A stretch of DNA of 37,230 nt from Octopus bimaculoides (Eukaryota). The stretch spans positions 72,513,384 through 72,550,613 of the forward strand of contig NC_068986.1 of assembly GCF_001194135.2 (NCBI RefSeq). Reading direction: 5' to 3'. Under the pieces are notes generated by a model. It had not been told where the DNA came from, did not search any database, and saw only the letters and a program-made list of their open reading frames with translations. Below are positions 23,346-35,738 of the stretch, one piece after another. The translations under genes and the position numbers were made by a program. Numbering within the stretch: position 1 is the first letter of the stretch; every line of letters begins with the position of its first letter.

Positions 23346-26187
23346 TGCGTGAGAGTGGATCAAGGATTCAATCACGTTGTGCGTAATACATTCTAAAACA
23401 ACTAACCCAAATCTACACTGGAGCCTACCTCTGCATATATATTGAGTAAATAAAACAACTATGACAGAGGAGTGAGAGATTTTAATGAAGGTGAGTTATA
23501 TTATTTTCAACGACGACCACAGCTGAATTCTCCAAACGATGGATGAACTATGCAACCATTAGAATCCATGATATGTTTATTTTGTCCACTATATTATTTA
23601 GCAGAGGAATAAAGTCTCACTGTTATTTGAAAGTTTTTTACTTGTATTATTTCCACAAGTGAACATGCAACATATGTTATATAATGGTATGCAAGATTCC
23701 GTAGTAAGCCAAAGGAGACTTTATACCTACATAGTTAAACTTCTATACATCAATGATTTAGTTGTTGCCCTCTCTAATAATGCCAAATCCTATGCTAATA
23801 ATTTTCCCTAACTTTCTCCACTCAGATATCAAGCTTCTCTCAAGTTAAACCAATACACTCATTTCTTTTCCTTTTGCCTCCCACATTGTATTTTGCCCTT
23901 CAAACTCTACATTAACCAATTTTTTCCAGTTCTTTTTTTTACAAGATGCCAATCCTCTGGCATTCTTTTTCTGTCCATGTTTTTTCTGTAGCTATCAACT
24001 CATAACCGCATTAATTTCACCATTTTCAGAAACCAATAAAGGTAACGGGCTCAGTTCTTTCTTCTAGACCAAATCATAAAAAATAGATAAATGATTAAAT
24101 GAATGAATGAATAAATAATTAAATAAATAAACAAATAAATAAATAAATTTGAGGAGTTCCTCAAGTCAGCCAAATTCATTGTTCTACACTTTTGAAAATA
24201 TCAAAAATTTATTGGAAGAAAATTTCTCATAGAAATATAGAATTTCAGTTGTATTTTGAGATGGAAAGATTAACAGTTTCACAATTAATCACAAGTCAGT
24301 TGATATTTATGGTTTGTTATATAAACAGAAAACACTTCATTTGAATGCCAACTAATAGTGCTAGTTCTTTGAAACATTATTTTACACATGACCTATAGAA
24401 AAGTTTAATGCTTATACCAGAGAGAGAACAGAAGACATTTGACAGAGTTGTTAGAATATCAGATTTAAAGTGTTTATAGTATCTGTTTTGATTCCCTGTA
24501 CTCCAAGACCAAATCCTGCTGAGATCAACTTTGCTTTTCATTCTTTAGAGGTCAATAAAAAGGTGATAATCCAAGGTAGAGGATTGATGGAACTATAAGA
24601 ATGTCTGGCTGGATACTGGTGACATTTGTTCAAGTTCTTTGCCTTCTAGTTCAAATCCTGTTATGACCAACGTAGGTGGTAAACTTATTCTATTGGCCAG
24701 TTTAACAATATCATCATGGGTGCTTTTAATGTAGTCCACATTGTTGCAAGTATTTGGGCCAGTTTTTCAGTTTGAGTATACTTTTCTCCATCCCATTAAT
24801 CTTGGAGGTTCTGCAATGGATCATGAGCTCTACCTTGCCTCCTGACTAAAAGATGAAAAAAAAAAAAAGAATATGTACCAACAGAAATATATATTTTGTT
24901 GGTGGTAATGTTTATTACAACTGATGACATTAAAGTTGTATCATCATATAGTTGTGTCATTATATTATAACTGTATCATCACATAAAGCAAAAAACCTCT
25001 GCAGTTTTTTATAGCTTAGTTGGAAGAGCAGAGTGGAGATTTTGACACTTTTAGAGTTTCTTTGAGACTAAATGTAGGGAAGGAGGAAATTACTCTCAGA
25101 TTGGAGACCTGGCCTGAACATTTGTAACAAAGTGAACTCTGTGAAAGGTGCCCCAGGGCCAGGAGGTGGAGTTAAAAATGGCAATGGATTAAAGCTACCC
25201 CACAAGAACAAGCGTGGTCTTCAGACAGGTTCCTGTTAGCTCAATCTAAGAAAACCTTGGCCAATCCAAGTAAAAGACACCAAAGATGTCACACAATAGA
25301 ATTTAAGCCCAAATCATGTAACTGTAAAGTGCTCAACTTGCTAGAAATAGCAGCTGAATCTCCATCAAATTGCACTCTAATACTTTTAAAAAGGAAATTG
25401 AAGGACTACATTGGTTAATACAGCACTAAATTCACTGTCTTTATAAGATGAAATTTCAGTTTGCACTCATTTGTTTATAATATGCTCAATCAAGAATGAC
25501 ATGAAGCTAAATCAACATATGTTGTATATATATACTGGTTGTATAAGGTGTAGGAAAAATATTTGATGTTGCAATATTGCCAGATTGAAATTTTTTATAA
25601 TAATCAATAAGGTTAGGAATTGTTAAGTGAAAATGTCTTGAGGCGAACATTAATAATATATTTGATATGATTTATACTTGAGACCTCACTGAGTAAAAGC
25701 CAGGAAAATTAATAAACAACTACCACAAAAGAAAAAAAAATCTAGAATAGTTTGTTATCTTCAGATAAAATAAAATATAAGATTCTTAGTTTGTTTAAGA
25801 AATGAGCTATTTAGTTCTTTAATCTTTACTTGGTTTGAACCATTGTGAATCTGGTTTGCTGAAACACTTCCAAAGGAATTTATAATTGTTACATTACCAG
25901 TGAGGACAGCATTTACATCATGATTGAATTATTATAACTTTTCACTGTATTAATCCTTAAGTACCTCTGACCTTCATCTCTGTTACTGTACATCTCTCAC
26001 TCTCTCTCTTCTGCCAACTTCTCTTTACCCACCACTCCCACTTATCATCTCCCCATCTTACATTTATTTACAAATTTATTATTATTCAGCTGCTCTTCAC
26101 TCTTTGTACTACCTCCACACTGAGATACTTTTTATCACTTTCCCCTTCAAACTCAAATTTACCATTGACCATGCCTCCACCTTGTTC

Positions 26188-26415
26188 AAGGTCATCAGCA
26201 TAGAGGAGCTCCCAGGGGCATCCTGTCTTGAATTCCTCTGTTATTGCCAAGAGGACTATGATAAATAGGAAGGGGCTGAGGACTGAACCTTGGTGGACCC
26301 CTACCTCTACTTGGAATTCTTCACTGTACTTGTTGCCAACCCTCACCTTACTGACGGTGTCCCTGTACATGGCTCGCACAGCTGTCACTAACCATTCATC
26401 TATCCCTAGTTTCCT
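26188..26415 (-). mobile_element. RTE RT core fragment
   Basis: RKLGIDEWLV...GVHQGSVLSPFLFIIV...CPWELLYADDL. Same family as 17951-19520. Confidence 0.9.
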
Positions 26416-27744
26416 GTCCAATCCATGCCAACATGAAAGCTGGAAGGTAAATGACAATGATAGTGAATTCTCAATAGCAACGATATTATAACTTAGAACT
26501 TTTCACTAAACTATCAATTCTGCTAATTTTCAACATATGATCGATGCCAAACTTTATTTTTGTTTTATGCCTTAGTTTTTGTTAAATACAAACAGCTTCT
26601 GACCAATATTAACTATTAAAGGACAGATATATTTATTTAGGATTTATGAGCGTTAGTTGCTGGTTCCTGGTAGTAAAAATAGAACAAATTAATATTAGAG
26701 ATAAGCTAATTAATTAAAGTGTTACACTAAATTTGAAATAACAATGCTGCTAGTTCAAATGGGTACCTATGTTGGCCATTTACTAATTACTTCAACCAGA
26801 AACAATGGTTTGGAAGGTTTTTGTTAGATATTGATTAAATAAATGTTTTGGCAATATGTGAGAGATTATTCAACAAAATTAATGAAGCCTTGACCAAGTC
26901 TAAAAAAAATATAAAGGTCACTATAGATGCTTAATTAAATGGTCAAATATTTGGCATTTAGCCAATGTACAAAAAATCAAAACAAGTAGGTATAAATAAT
27001 TTGCCTCCTTTGATTGTGTTAATGTATGGGACTGACTTTCTGGGTGTATTGAAATTTTGTTTAAAAGAATTGAAAGTTTGTATGTTCAACTTCTCTTCCT
27101 CTACCTCTCACAGGGAATCAGTGATTGCCCCATTGGAAACCTATTACCAACTGTACATATAAAATCCATAATCAGAGAGGGAGGATCTATATCTACATCT
27201 ACTAGAATATTTTGAATTCTGCAAAAGTATACTTCACATTCTTGACCACTATGTTGATAAAATGCTTACAAAATAATATTTTGATAATGAAAGGTAACTA
27301 AGCCACCACTAGTGTACTGATAGCATTAAATGGCTACAATATTGCTATAGTTGGTTTAAATCTAGTTCATTAGGATTATTTAAGAATACAAATGTTATTC
27401 TTAGCAAATACCACAAAATGCTCTCTTTTCCTTCCCACTCTCTCTCTACCACACCTTCATTCCCATCACTCCATTCCAACAATCATACTTTTACCCCTTC
27501 TTCATTCACCCTATCTCTTGTGTTGTCAATCACTGAACAATTTACATTCCTAGTCAAAACTTTGAGTGAATGAACACACTATAGAGTGAGAATTCTTCAA
27601 TCTTAGGAGATACAAGGCAATCTCACTAGTGCTGATGCCATGATAAGATGCACTTAGTACATTATGTAAAGTAGTTGGTAAATAAGTGAAAACTACTTAG
27701 GGTCAAAAGGACTCTTTGGTCATGTCCTTGACATGATCAAACTT

Positions 27745-27970
27745 TTCTAGTGCTGGTGCTACTATAAAATGCACATTGTACACTCTGTAAAGTTGCTTGT
27801 GATAAAAAGAATATCTGGCAGTGGAAACCAAGCCAAAAATGAAATATATGAATAGGACTTGGTCTTTCAACCTGTCTATGAGGACAGTATCTCTGAATAA
27901 GAACTGGTTTAAACCACAACAACCTGTTCAACATACTAGAATGGAAAGCAGCCATAAAACAATAATGATG

Positions 27971-27972
<2 letters not shown>
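27745..27972 (+). mobile_element. Old RTE-type tail remnant
   Basis: Degenerate 'taaaatgcac...cactctgtaaag...catactagaatggaaagcagcc...atgatgat'. Confidence 0.5.
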
Positions 27973-28010
<38 letters not shown>

Positions 28011-28356
28011 AGTACTAGATTGAAAGCATAGTACAGAAGTAGACAGTTTTTAAAATCTCCTATATGGATATTAACTTTAAATAAAACTTTTACTGCAATA
28101 CTGTGATGTTAGTCTGCTTGTTAGCAACACTCACAACAATAATGACAACAGCTGTAACAATAACAACATTAGCCATAATAATAGACTTCAAAATATGAAT
28201 AAAAATAAACAAAACTAAATATATACTCCAATGCATGTAAATTCAGTATGACTTCTATGAATATGCAAGTTTGAATATTCATAGCAGTCATACTGAAAAA
28301 AAAACAAGGGAGAAATGTATGTATACACACACACACACACAATCCAATTTGCGCCA

Positions 28357-28790
28357 ACACCATTTCGAGCGTGGCCGTTGCCAGTAAGACATTCGAGCGA
28401 GATCGTGCCAGTGCTGCTGAACTGGCTCCTGTGCAGGTGGCACGTAAAATACACCATTTTGAGCGTGGCCGTTGCCAGTAAGACATTCGAGCAAGATCGT
28501 GCCAGTGCCGCTGAACTGGCTCCTGTGCAGGTGGCACGTAAAATACACCATTTCGAGCGTGGCCGTTGCCAGTACCGCCTGACTGGCCCTCGTAACGGTG
28601 GCACGTAAAAGCACCCTCTACACTCTCGGAGTGGTTGGCGTTAGGAAGGGCATCCAGCTGTAGAAACTCTGCCAAATCAGATTGGAGCCTGCTGTAGCCA
28701 TCTGGTTTCACCAGTCCTCAGTCAAATCGTCCAACCCATGCTAGCATGGAAAGCGGACGTTAAACGACGATGATGATGACGATGATGATG
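28357..28790 (+). mobile_element. Young RTE 3' UTR fragment with 94-bp tandem units
   Basis: Units start at 28357, 28451 and 28545 (third partial), then the canonical tail ending 'ggacgttaaacgacgatgatg'. CpG-rich. Confidence 0.85.
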
Positions 28791-29139
28791 AACAGAAGTG
28801 TACTTTAAAAGACATTATCAAACTTTGTGGTTATTTTCATATATGCAATAAAGACAGTAGCAGCACCTGTAGCATTAGGTAACATTCTGACTTATGCGAC
28901 CATATACATGCATATAAAGACACATGTAGTGTATTTAATTTTGCTAAATTGTTGCAGGGGCTCATTGAAATAGTGTTAGTAAAAGAAAGGGAGTGATCGT
29001 CAAAAAAGTTTGAGAACTGGTGTCTGGCCAGCCTTTAGCTTACAGTTATTGTGTTTGATCTTATTCATTATTATGCATTTGTCACTTGTTGCCATAGCTT
29101 AAGCATACAATTAGTTGTACTTATCCAGAACATTAAATT

Positions 29140-30270
29140 GTACTATACACCCCATACTGTAGAGTTGCAGAGCAAACTACCATGTTTAAAGGGAGATAAG
29201 AGTGAATCAGATGCACAGTGTTTAGTGTGAAAACCAGGACTGTATGTTTCTGAGGTAAACACAGGTATTAATAGTTTGCAAACACATGTGAACTCAAAGT
29301 AAGTAGTTTGTAGGGAGAATATTCTGTAATCAGCCAATGCCACAATTCGCTAGAATATTGCCCATGTGATCAACAAAATCTGACCAATCACAACTTCACA
29401 TGTGATAGGCTCCAGCGAAATCTCATCTTTAGGCAGGCTTCCTTCTGAGCCTATTAACCAGTATAAATTCAACATACCATGTCCACTAGACAAAGAGTTT
29501 TAGGATGCAGCAGAGAGAGCATTGACAGACATTGTAGGAGATGGCCAACAGAGACAGCAGACACCAGCTGACAGCAAAAAGGCAATGAACAGTCAGAGGA
29601 CGGATGACATTCAAAGTCAGTAGCTGGCAACCAACTAATAACACATTATTTGCTGCTACAACTACACCAAGAACAATAACATTAAAAACTGTCATTCATA
29701 GAAACAACAACATTGATTTTTTTGTGTACAAAAAGAATAAATTTTTTTTTCTCAAAAATCTCAACAGACTCCAGTGTCCTTCCTTGTACAAGTTCATGGT
29801 GTGGGATCATCGAGGAAACTGATATATTTTTTGTCACACAAGGTAGTAAAACTGATAATATTATTGTTGCTGAAAGTACTTCTACATTGCACTCCCAATA
29901 GCTTCATGTCCATGTACTCTTCATCTGCTTTGGTTGAAAAGACTTTCTCTGATTCTGATGTGGCAAAGGAATTTTATATTTCTCCAACAAAAGCAGAAGT
30001 TGCTAATTCTATACTTGCACTACATTCTGTTAATGATGCTTTGAAATTTCTTGAAGAAAATTTGATAGCATTTTATGGAATTGCTTCACAAAAAACTAAT
30101 TAGAATTCAATAAAACTACTTTGGTATTTTGACTGAAAGAATTGTGGTTTGCTGTTGAAACTGATTCATGTTTTGGGAAGAACACACTAAATGAGATTAT
30201 AGACACAATCACTAATTATGTAAAGGAAACCTTAGAAAAAATGGTCTTTCTGAAAAATTCATGACAACTG
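29140..30270 (+). mobile_element. hAT-like DDE transposase N-terminal relic, split by a ~450-bp insertion
   Basis: ELQSKLPCLKG..AQCLV*KPGLYVS..QTHVNSK (29160-29300), then FFVTQGSKT..VAES..NSFMSM..SALVEKTFSDSDVAKEF..TKAEV..ILALHSV..FYGIAS and NYVKETLEK. The family assignment is from recall. Confidence 0.55.
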
Positions 30271-30274
30271 CTAT

Positions 30275-30620
30275 CAGGGCTGGATTAAAACCCATGGTGG
30301 TCCAAAGCACTTAAAAGATTTTGATGCCCTCATACACATGTAATTCAAAATATAAACAATAATAAACCGTAAAATAAATTTTTATTTTATTCAAAATGAA
30401 ACAAAACTAACAGTAAGATGGAAAATAATGTCTACTTTTGTATATTTCAACTTTATTCATATTGGAAGTTTTCTCTTACTTTTTTTAATTGCAAAGTCTT
30501 CGATCAGGTCCTCAAAATTAATCTTACATAACATATCTGTTTCTGTTCTTAGTTGAGATAAGGCATCCTGAATATTATTTTAGCAAGTTTAAAGTGATTT
30601 CTTTTCTGCCATAAACCATT
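30275..30620 (-). mobile_element. hAT element 3' end with TIR
   Basis: Terminus 'cagggctggattaa' at 30275. The minus frame gives DALSQLRTETDMLCKINFEDLIEDFAIKKSKRKL*, resembling the end of the hAT dimerisation domain. It may extend to about 31400 (IFLDHLIS motif). Confidence 0.65.
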
Positions 30621-30760
30621 TACCATTTCTTTGGTGTCCCCACTTCCTTTGATACCCTAAGAACATACTTGTTTAAGTTAATGGTTAAACTAGTGCTGAA
30701 TGCAACACAATATTTAGAAGACTTGAGCATATTGAAAATAAAAATATGTTTGCAAATTTT

Positions 30761-31131
30761 ATCTTTTACTTGTTTCAGTCATTGGAATGCAGTCATGTTG
30801 AGATACCATGCTGAAGAGTTTAGTCAAACATATCAACCTTTGTACTTATTTTTTTTTTAAGCTTATTACTTAATCTAGCTGTCTCTTTTGCCAAACTGCT
30901 GACTCAAGGGACATAACACTAGTTGTCAAGCAGTAATTGGGACAAACACAAACAGAGAGACACACACATATATATGATAAGTTTCTTTCAATTTCAGTTT
31001 ACCAAATCCACTCACAAGATGGCCTGACACCATAGTAAAAGACACTTGCCCAGGATGCCACCCAGTGGGACTGAACCCAAGACCACATGGTTGGGAAGTA
31101 AGCTTTTCGGTCACACAGCTATACCTACGCC
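30761..31131 (-). mobile_element. CORE-type SINE, near full length, diverged
   Basis: Same architecture as 4223-4628, with CpG decay. Confidence 0.85.
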
Positions 31132-32139
31132 TTAACATTGAAGGAAATGTTTTAAAAGTGATAATTTTATTAGAGTGAGTTGCCCAGCATATATTTTGAA
31201 TAATTGAGTCCATCATGCAGCAGAAATAATGGATCATGATATTGAAAATATTATCTGTAAAAATTTATCAATATATTCATGTCTACACAATTTGAAATGA
31301 GATGGTCCAGGAATATTGTGATTATGTTGAAGTTGAATGCATAGTAAGACTTGTTAGCTGTTAATGTGGTCTCACATTGCAGGCTGATGCAGCAATTTCC
31401 TGCTCCGATGTTCTTCTTTCTATCACAATTCACAGTAATTTAAAAAATTCTTTGAGAATGAAATGAATGAGATTTATCTTTAGCAAGTGCCTGCATTATT
31501 TAAAGTATTTCAAACACATATTGAAAAGGAAAGTAATTATGATGTAATTATGTGTTGACAAATTTAGAATCTGTTTATAAAATACTTGCAGAAAATCAAC
31601 AGTTGAAAATTTATACCTTTGAAAATTAATGGATTACTCACTCAGAAATGTACAGAAGGAAAGGAGAAAGAGAGTAACAAGATTTATACTGAAATGGTTA
31701 ATGTATTTGAGAGATGCCTATTGAGAAATGAATGAAACCAATAGATATTTTCATGCTTCAAACAGCCTTGAACGAAACATCTATCTGGATTGATGGGGAA
31801 CTATGTGTTTGATATTTGATTAATAAGCAGATAGAAGTTGTTGATATAAAATGTTTTGATCAAGTTAATAACCCGAAGCAGTTTGTGGAAAATTACAAGA
31901 GTGATAAGAACTTTAGTAATACAATATAAATAGAACAGACAATTTGAAAAATCAAAAATATCAAAAACGAAAAAGTATGCAACTCAGAAAAGCCAGGAAT
32001 TGCATAATCTTTTCTAAGCTATATCATCTCAAAATGCAAATATAAAAATAGACTTTTTCTTTGATGCGCATAAACAAAAGAGACACATATTCATACACAC
32101 ACACACATGTAGATATATATACACATATATACATACATT

Positions 32140-32191
<52 letters not shown>

Positions 32192-32197
32192 ATTGTT

Positions 32198-33217
32198 CAT
32201 CATCATCATTGTCTAACATCTGCTTTCCATGCTGGCATGGGTTGGATGGTTTGAATGAGGGCTAGCAAGCCAGAAGGCTGCACCAGGCTCCAATCCGATC
32301 TGACAACATTTCTACAGCTGGATGCCCTTCCTAATGCCAACCACTCTGAGAGCGTAGTGAGTGTTTTTTACATGCCACCGGCACAAAGGCCAGTCAGGCG
32401 GTACTGGTATCGACCACGCTTGAATGATGCTTTTTACATGCCACCGGCATGGGAGCCAATCACACAGCACTGGCAACGTTCATGCTCAAATGGTGCTTTT
32501 TATATGCCACCGGCACGGGACTGGTCAGCCGACACTGGCATTGACCATGCTCAAATAGTGCTTTTTACATGCCACCAGCACAGGAGCCAGACAGGCAGCA
32601 CTGGCAATGATCACACTCAAATAGTACGTTTTATGTGCCACCGGCATGGGATCGGTCAGGTGACACTGGCATCAACCATGCTCTAATGGTGCTTTTTATG
32701 TGCCACCAGCACAGGTGCCAATCAGGCAGTACTGTCATCAGCCATGATGACTTCACTTGCCTCAACAGGTCTTCGCAAGTGCAGTTTATTGCCCAATGAT
32801 CGAAGACTACTCTTAAATGGGCTGGTTATGCTGCACTGGCATAGGCCATGGTTACGGTCTCATTCAAGCACAGCATATTTCCAAAGGTCTCGGTCACTTG
32901 TCGTCATCTCAGTGAGGCCCAACGTTCAAAAGTCGTGCTTCACCACCTCATCCTAGGTCTTCCTGGGTCTACTTCTTCCAAAGGTTCCCTCTACTTGTAG
33001 GGTGCACACAGCTGTCCTCATCCATACACAACACATGACCATGCCAATGCAGTCATCTCCCTTGCACACTACATCTGATGATCCGTATGTCCAACTTTTC
33101 TCTCAGGATGCTTACACTCTGTTGTATATGCACACTGACATTACACATCCAGCGGTGCATACTAGCTTCATTCCTGCAAGCTTATGCATGTTCTCAGCAG
33201 TCACGGCCCATGTTTCA
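32198..33217 (-). mobile_element. 5'-truncated RTE LINE: ORF C-terminus plus complete 3' UTR
   Basis: ETWAVTAENM..., ORF end about 32870, then a 3' UTR with six ~65-bp units (32360-32730) and the tail ending (atg)n at 32198-32209. Confidence 0.85.
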
Positions 33218-33233
33218 TGTGTGTGTGAATATT

Positions 33234-33311
<78 letters not shown>

Positions 33312-33313
<2 letters not shown>

Positions 33314-34582
33314 GGAGTTGGACAAAATAACGGAAACACCTAGCATCATAGCATCATAATTTTGAAAAATCTATGAAACCGTCAAAAGCTTGTTCATTTT
33401 TATGTTTTTGATTTATTATTAGTGTTGCTTAATATGTTTTGCTAAAATTGCTGTTTCTTTTCAGATATCATCAGAAAAAGGTAATTAAAATTCATTGAAA
33501 TGATAGATCTATCGGACTTTCAAAGAGGTCAAATTGTTGGTGCTCGTACGACAGGCGCTAGCATAACAAAAACAGCCAAAATGTTTGGTCTATCAAGAAG
33601 TACTGTCTTGAAAGTAATGACAGCCTTTGAGAAAGAGGGAAAACCTCCTCATCAAAACAAAACTCTGGAAGAAAACCAAAGCTTTCACATCAGGACTGTC
33701 AGACTCTTATGCAAATTGTTAGAAAGGATCGCAAAAGTACAGCTCCCAAAATTACTGTAGTGCTTAATGACCACCTTGAGAACCCAGTTTCCACAAAAAC
33801 TGTTTGTCAGGAGCTACACAAAGCCAGATTTCACAGGAGGGCTGCAATCAGAAAACCACTACTTCCAAAAGCAAACGTTGCAAAGTGTTTAGAGTGGAGT
33901 AAAAATCTACAGAATTGGTCCCTAGAGCAGTGGAAGAATGTTATTTTCTCGGACGAGTCATCCTTTATTTTATTTCCGACCACCAGCTGAGTATATGTGT
34001 AGAGACAGCCAAAATAAGCATTTGACCCAAACTGCCTTCTTCCAACTGTTAAACATGGAGGAGTATCTGTAATAATCTGGTGAGCTATATCTTGGAAATC
34101 TGCTGGCCCAATGGTTTCCCTTCATGGCAGAATTAATAGTCAAGACTATTTAAGCATTTTATCTGATCAAATTCATCCTATGTTTGCAGAACTGTTTCCG
34201 GAGGGAAACGTAATCTTTCAGGATGATAATGCACCAATTCACACAGCTAAAGTTGTTACTGAATGGTATGAAGAACATTCTAGTGAAGCTGAACATCTTA
34301 TCTGGCCATCACAGTCCCCAGATCTTAATATTATTGAACATTTATGGTGCATTTTAGAAAAACAAGTAAGGAGTCGATATCCTCCACCATCATCACTACA
34401 AGAACTGGAGACCGTTTTAGCTGAAGAATGGACAAAAATTCCTATGGAAATAATTCAAACTTTGTAAGAGTCCATAGCTCATAGAATTCAAGCTGTAATT
34501 ACTGTCAAAAGCAGTCCTACCCCATTTTAAAATAAATTTGTTTGAAATTTTAAAGTGTTTCCATTATTTTGTCCAACCCCTG
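33312..34582 (+). mobile_element. Full-length (1271 bp) Tc1-like transposon, DD36E spacing, inactive
   Basis: 28-bp TIRs at 33312-33339 and 34555-34582 (2 mismatches). Right flank TA, left flank CA. Transposase starts at 33500 with FSDES (D 33952), QDDNAP (D 34225) and SPDLNIIE (E 34336). One frameshift near 33650 and several stops. Confidence 0.95.
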
Positions 34583-34614
34583 TATATATATATACACATA
34601 TACAAACATGTTCA

Positions 34615-34657
<43 letters not shown>

Positions 34658-35189
34658 NNNNNNNNNNNNNNNNNNNNNNNNNNNNNNNNNNNNNNNNNNN
34701 NNNNNNNNNNNNNNNNNNNNNNNNNNNNNNNNNNNNNNNNNNNNNNNNNNNNNNNNNNNNNNNNNNNNNNNNNNNNNNNNNNNNNNNNNNNNNNNNNNNN
34801 NNNNNNNNNNNNNNNNNNNNNNNNNNNNNNNNNNNNNNNNNNNNNNNNNNNNNNNNNNNNNNNNNNNNNNNNNNNNNNNNNNNNNNNNNNNNNNNNNNNN
34901 NNNNNNNNNNNNNNNNNNNNNNNNNNNNNNNNNNNNNNNNNNNNNNNNNNNNNNNNNNNNNNNNNNNNNNNNNTATATATATATATATATTATATGTATG
35001 TATGTATATATGTACGCATTAATATCTGTGTGGTAAGAAGCTTGCTTCCCAACCACATGGTTCCAGGTTCAGTCTCAGTGTGGCACCTTGGACAAGTGTT
35101 TTCTACTATAGCCTCAGACGAACCAAGGCCTTGTGAGTGGATTTGGTAGATGGAAACTGAAAGAAGCCTGTTGTATATATATATATATG

Positions 35190-35293
35190 TATATGGGAGA
35201 ATATACGAAAAAACAACAACAGACGAGGACAGGTGGTGTAAATAACAAAAGGATGTATTAGTATGACGCTCGGGAATACGGAAAGTCTTTGAC

Positions 35294-35295
<2 letters not shown>
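35190..35295. mobile_element. Short dispersed-repeat fragment, possibly a Penelope-like terminal repeat
   Basis: CpG-rich 'agacgaggacaggtggtgtaaataac...gaaagtctttgacgt' embedded in (TA)n. The family call is from recall only. Confidence 0.35.
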
Positions 35296-35333
<38 letters not shown>

Positions 35334-35336
35334 GTA

Positions 35337-35738
35337 CAGGGTGCAATGAGTAAATTGTCACCATTTTTTATTTTTAATTTCATGCATGCGCATTGTCTGT
35401 TTTTGATTTTGTTGACTACACAGTACAGTAGGGTCAGTTGGGCACCATCTGTGAGAAAAACAGCATAATGATGCGATTCACTCTGCCAGAAATTTGGAAA
35501 TGACATGCTCTGCTGCTTGGCATTCACTCCAAAAGCTCCAATACAAACATTTCAGAGTGCTTGGTTGTCAGTGCAGAGAATTCAGAAAGAGTTGGACGAG
35601 TTTAATGGTGATTATGAAGGTACAGCAGCTCGGAGAACTCACTCCAATTGTTTTGATAAGAAAAGAACTCCTGAATTTGTTGGTGAGATCCAGGCCATGA
35701 GTGACAATGATTCCTCCAAGTCAATCAGGTCCACCCTG
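35337..35738 (+). mobile_element. Internally deleted Tc1/mariner (probably maT/DD37D) element
   Basis: TA-cagggtg ... caccctg-TA ends. The interior encodes a decayed transposase N-terminus (MRFTLPEIWK*HALLLG...QRIQKELDE...RTPEFVGEIQAM.DND.SKSIRS). Confidence 0.7.

Noticed and set aside
24700-24870. Strong minus-strand acceptor near 24847 followed by protein-like sequence
   Set aside because: There is no good donor before in-frame stops, and it adjoins degraded SINE sequence.
29797-29815. PBS-like 'TGGTGTGGGAT' after the LTR-like insert
   Set aside because: It is better explained as resumed hAT coding sequence (VHGVGSSRKL). It would need a 7-nt deletion to match a tRNA-Leu PBS.
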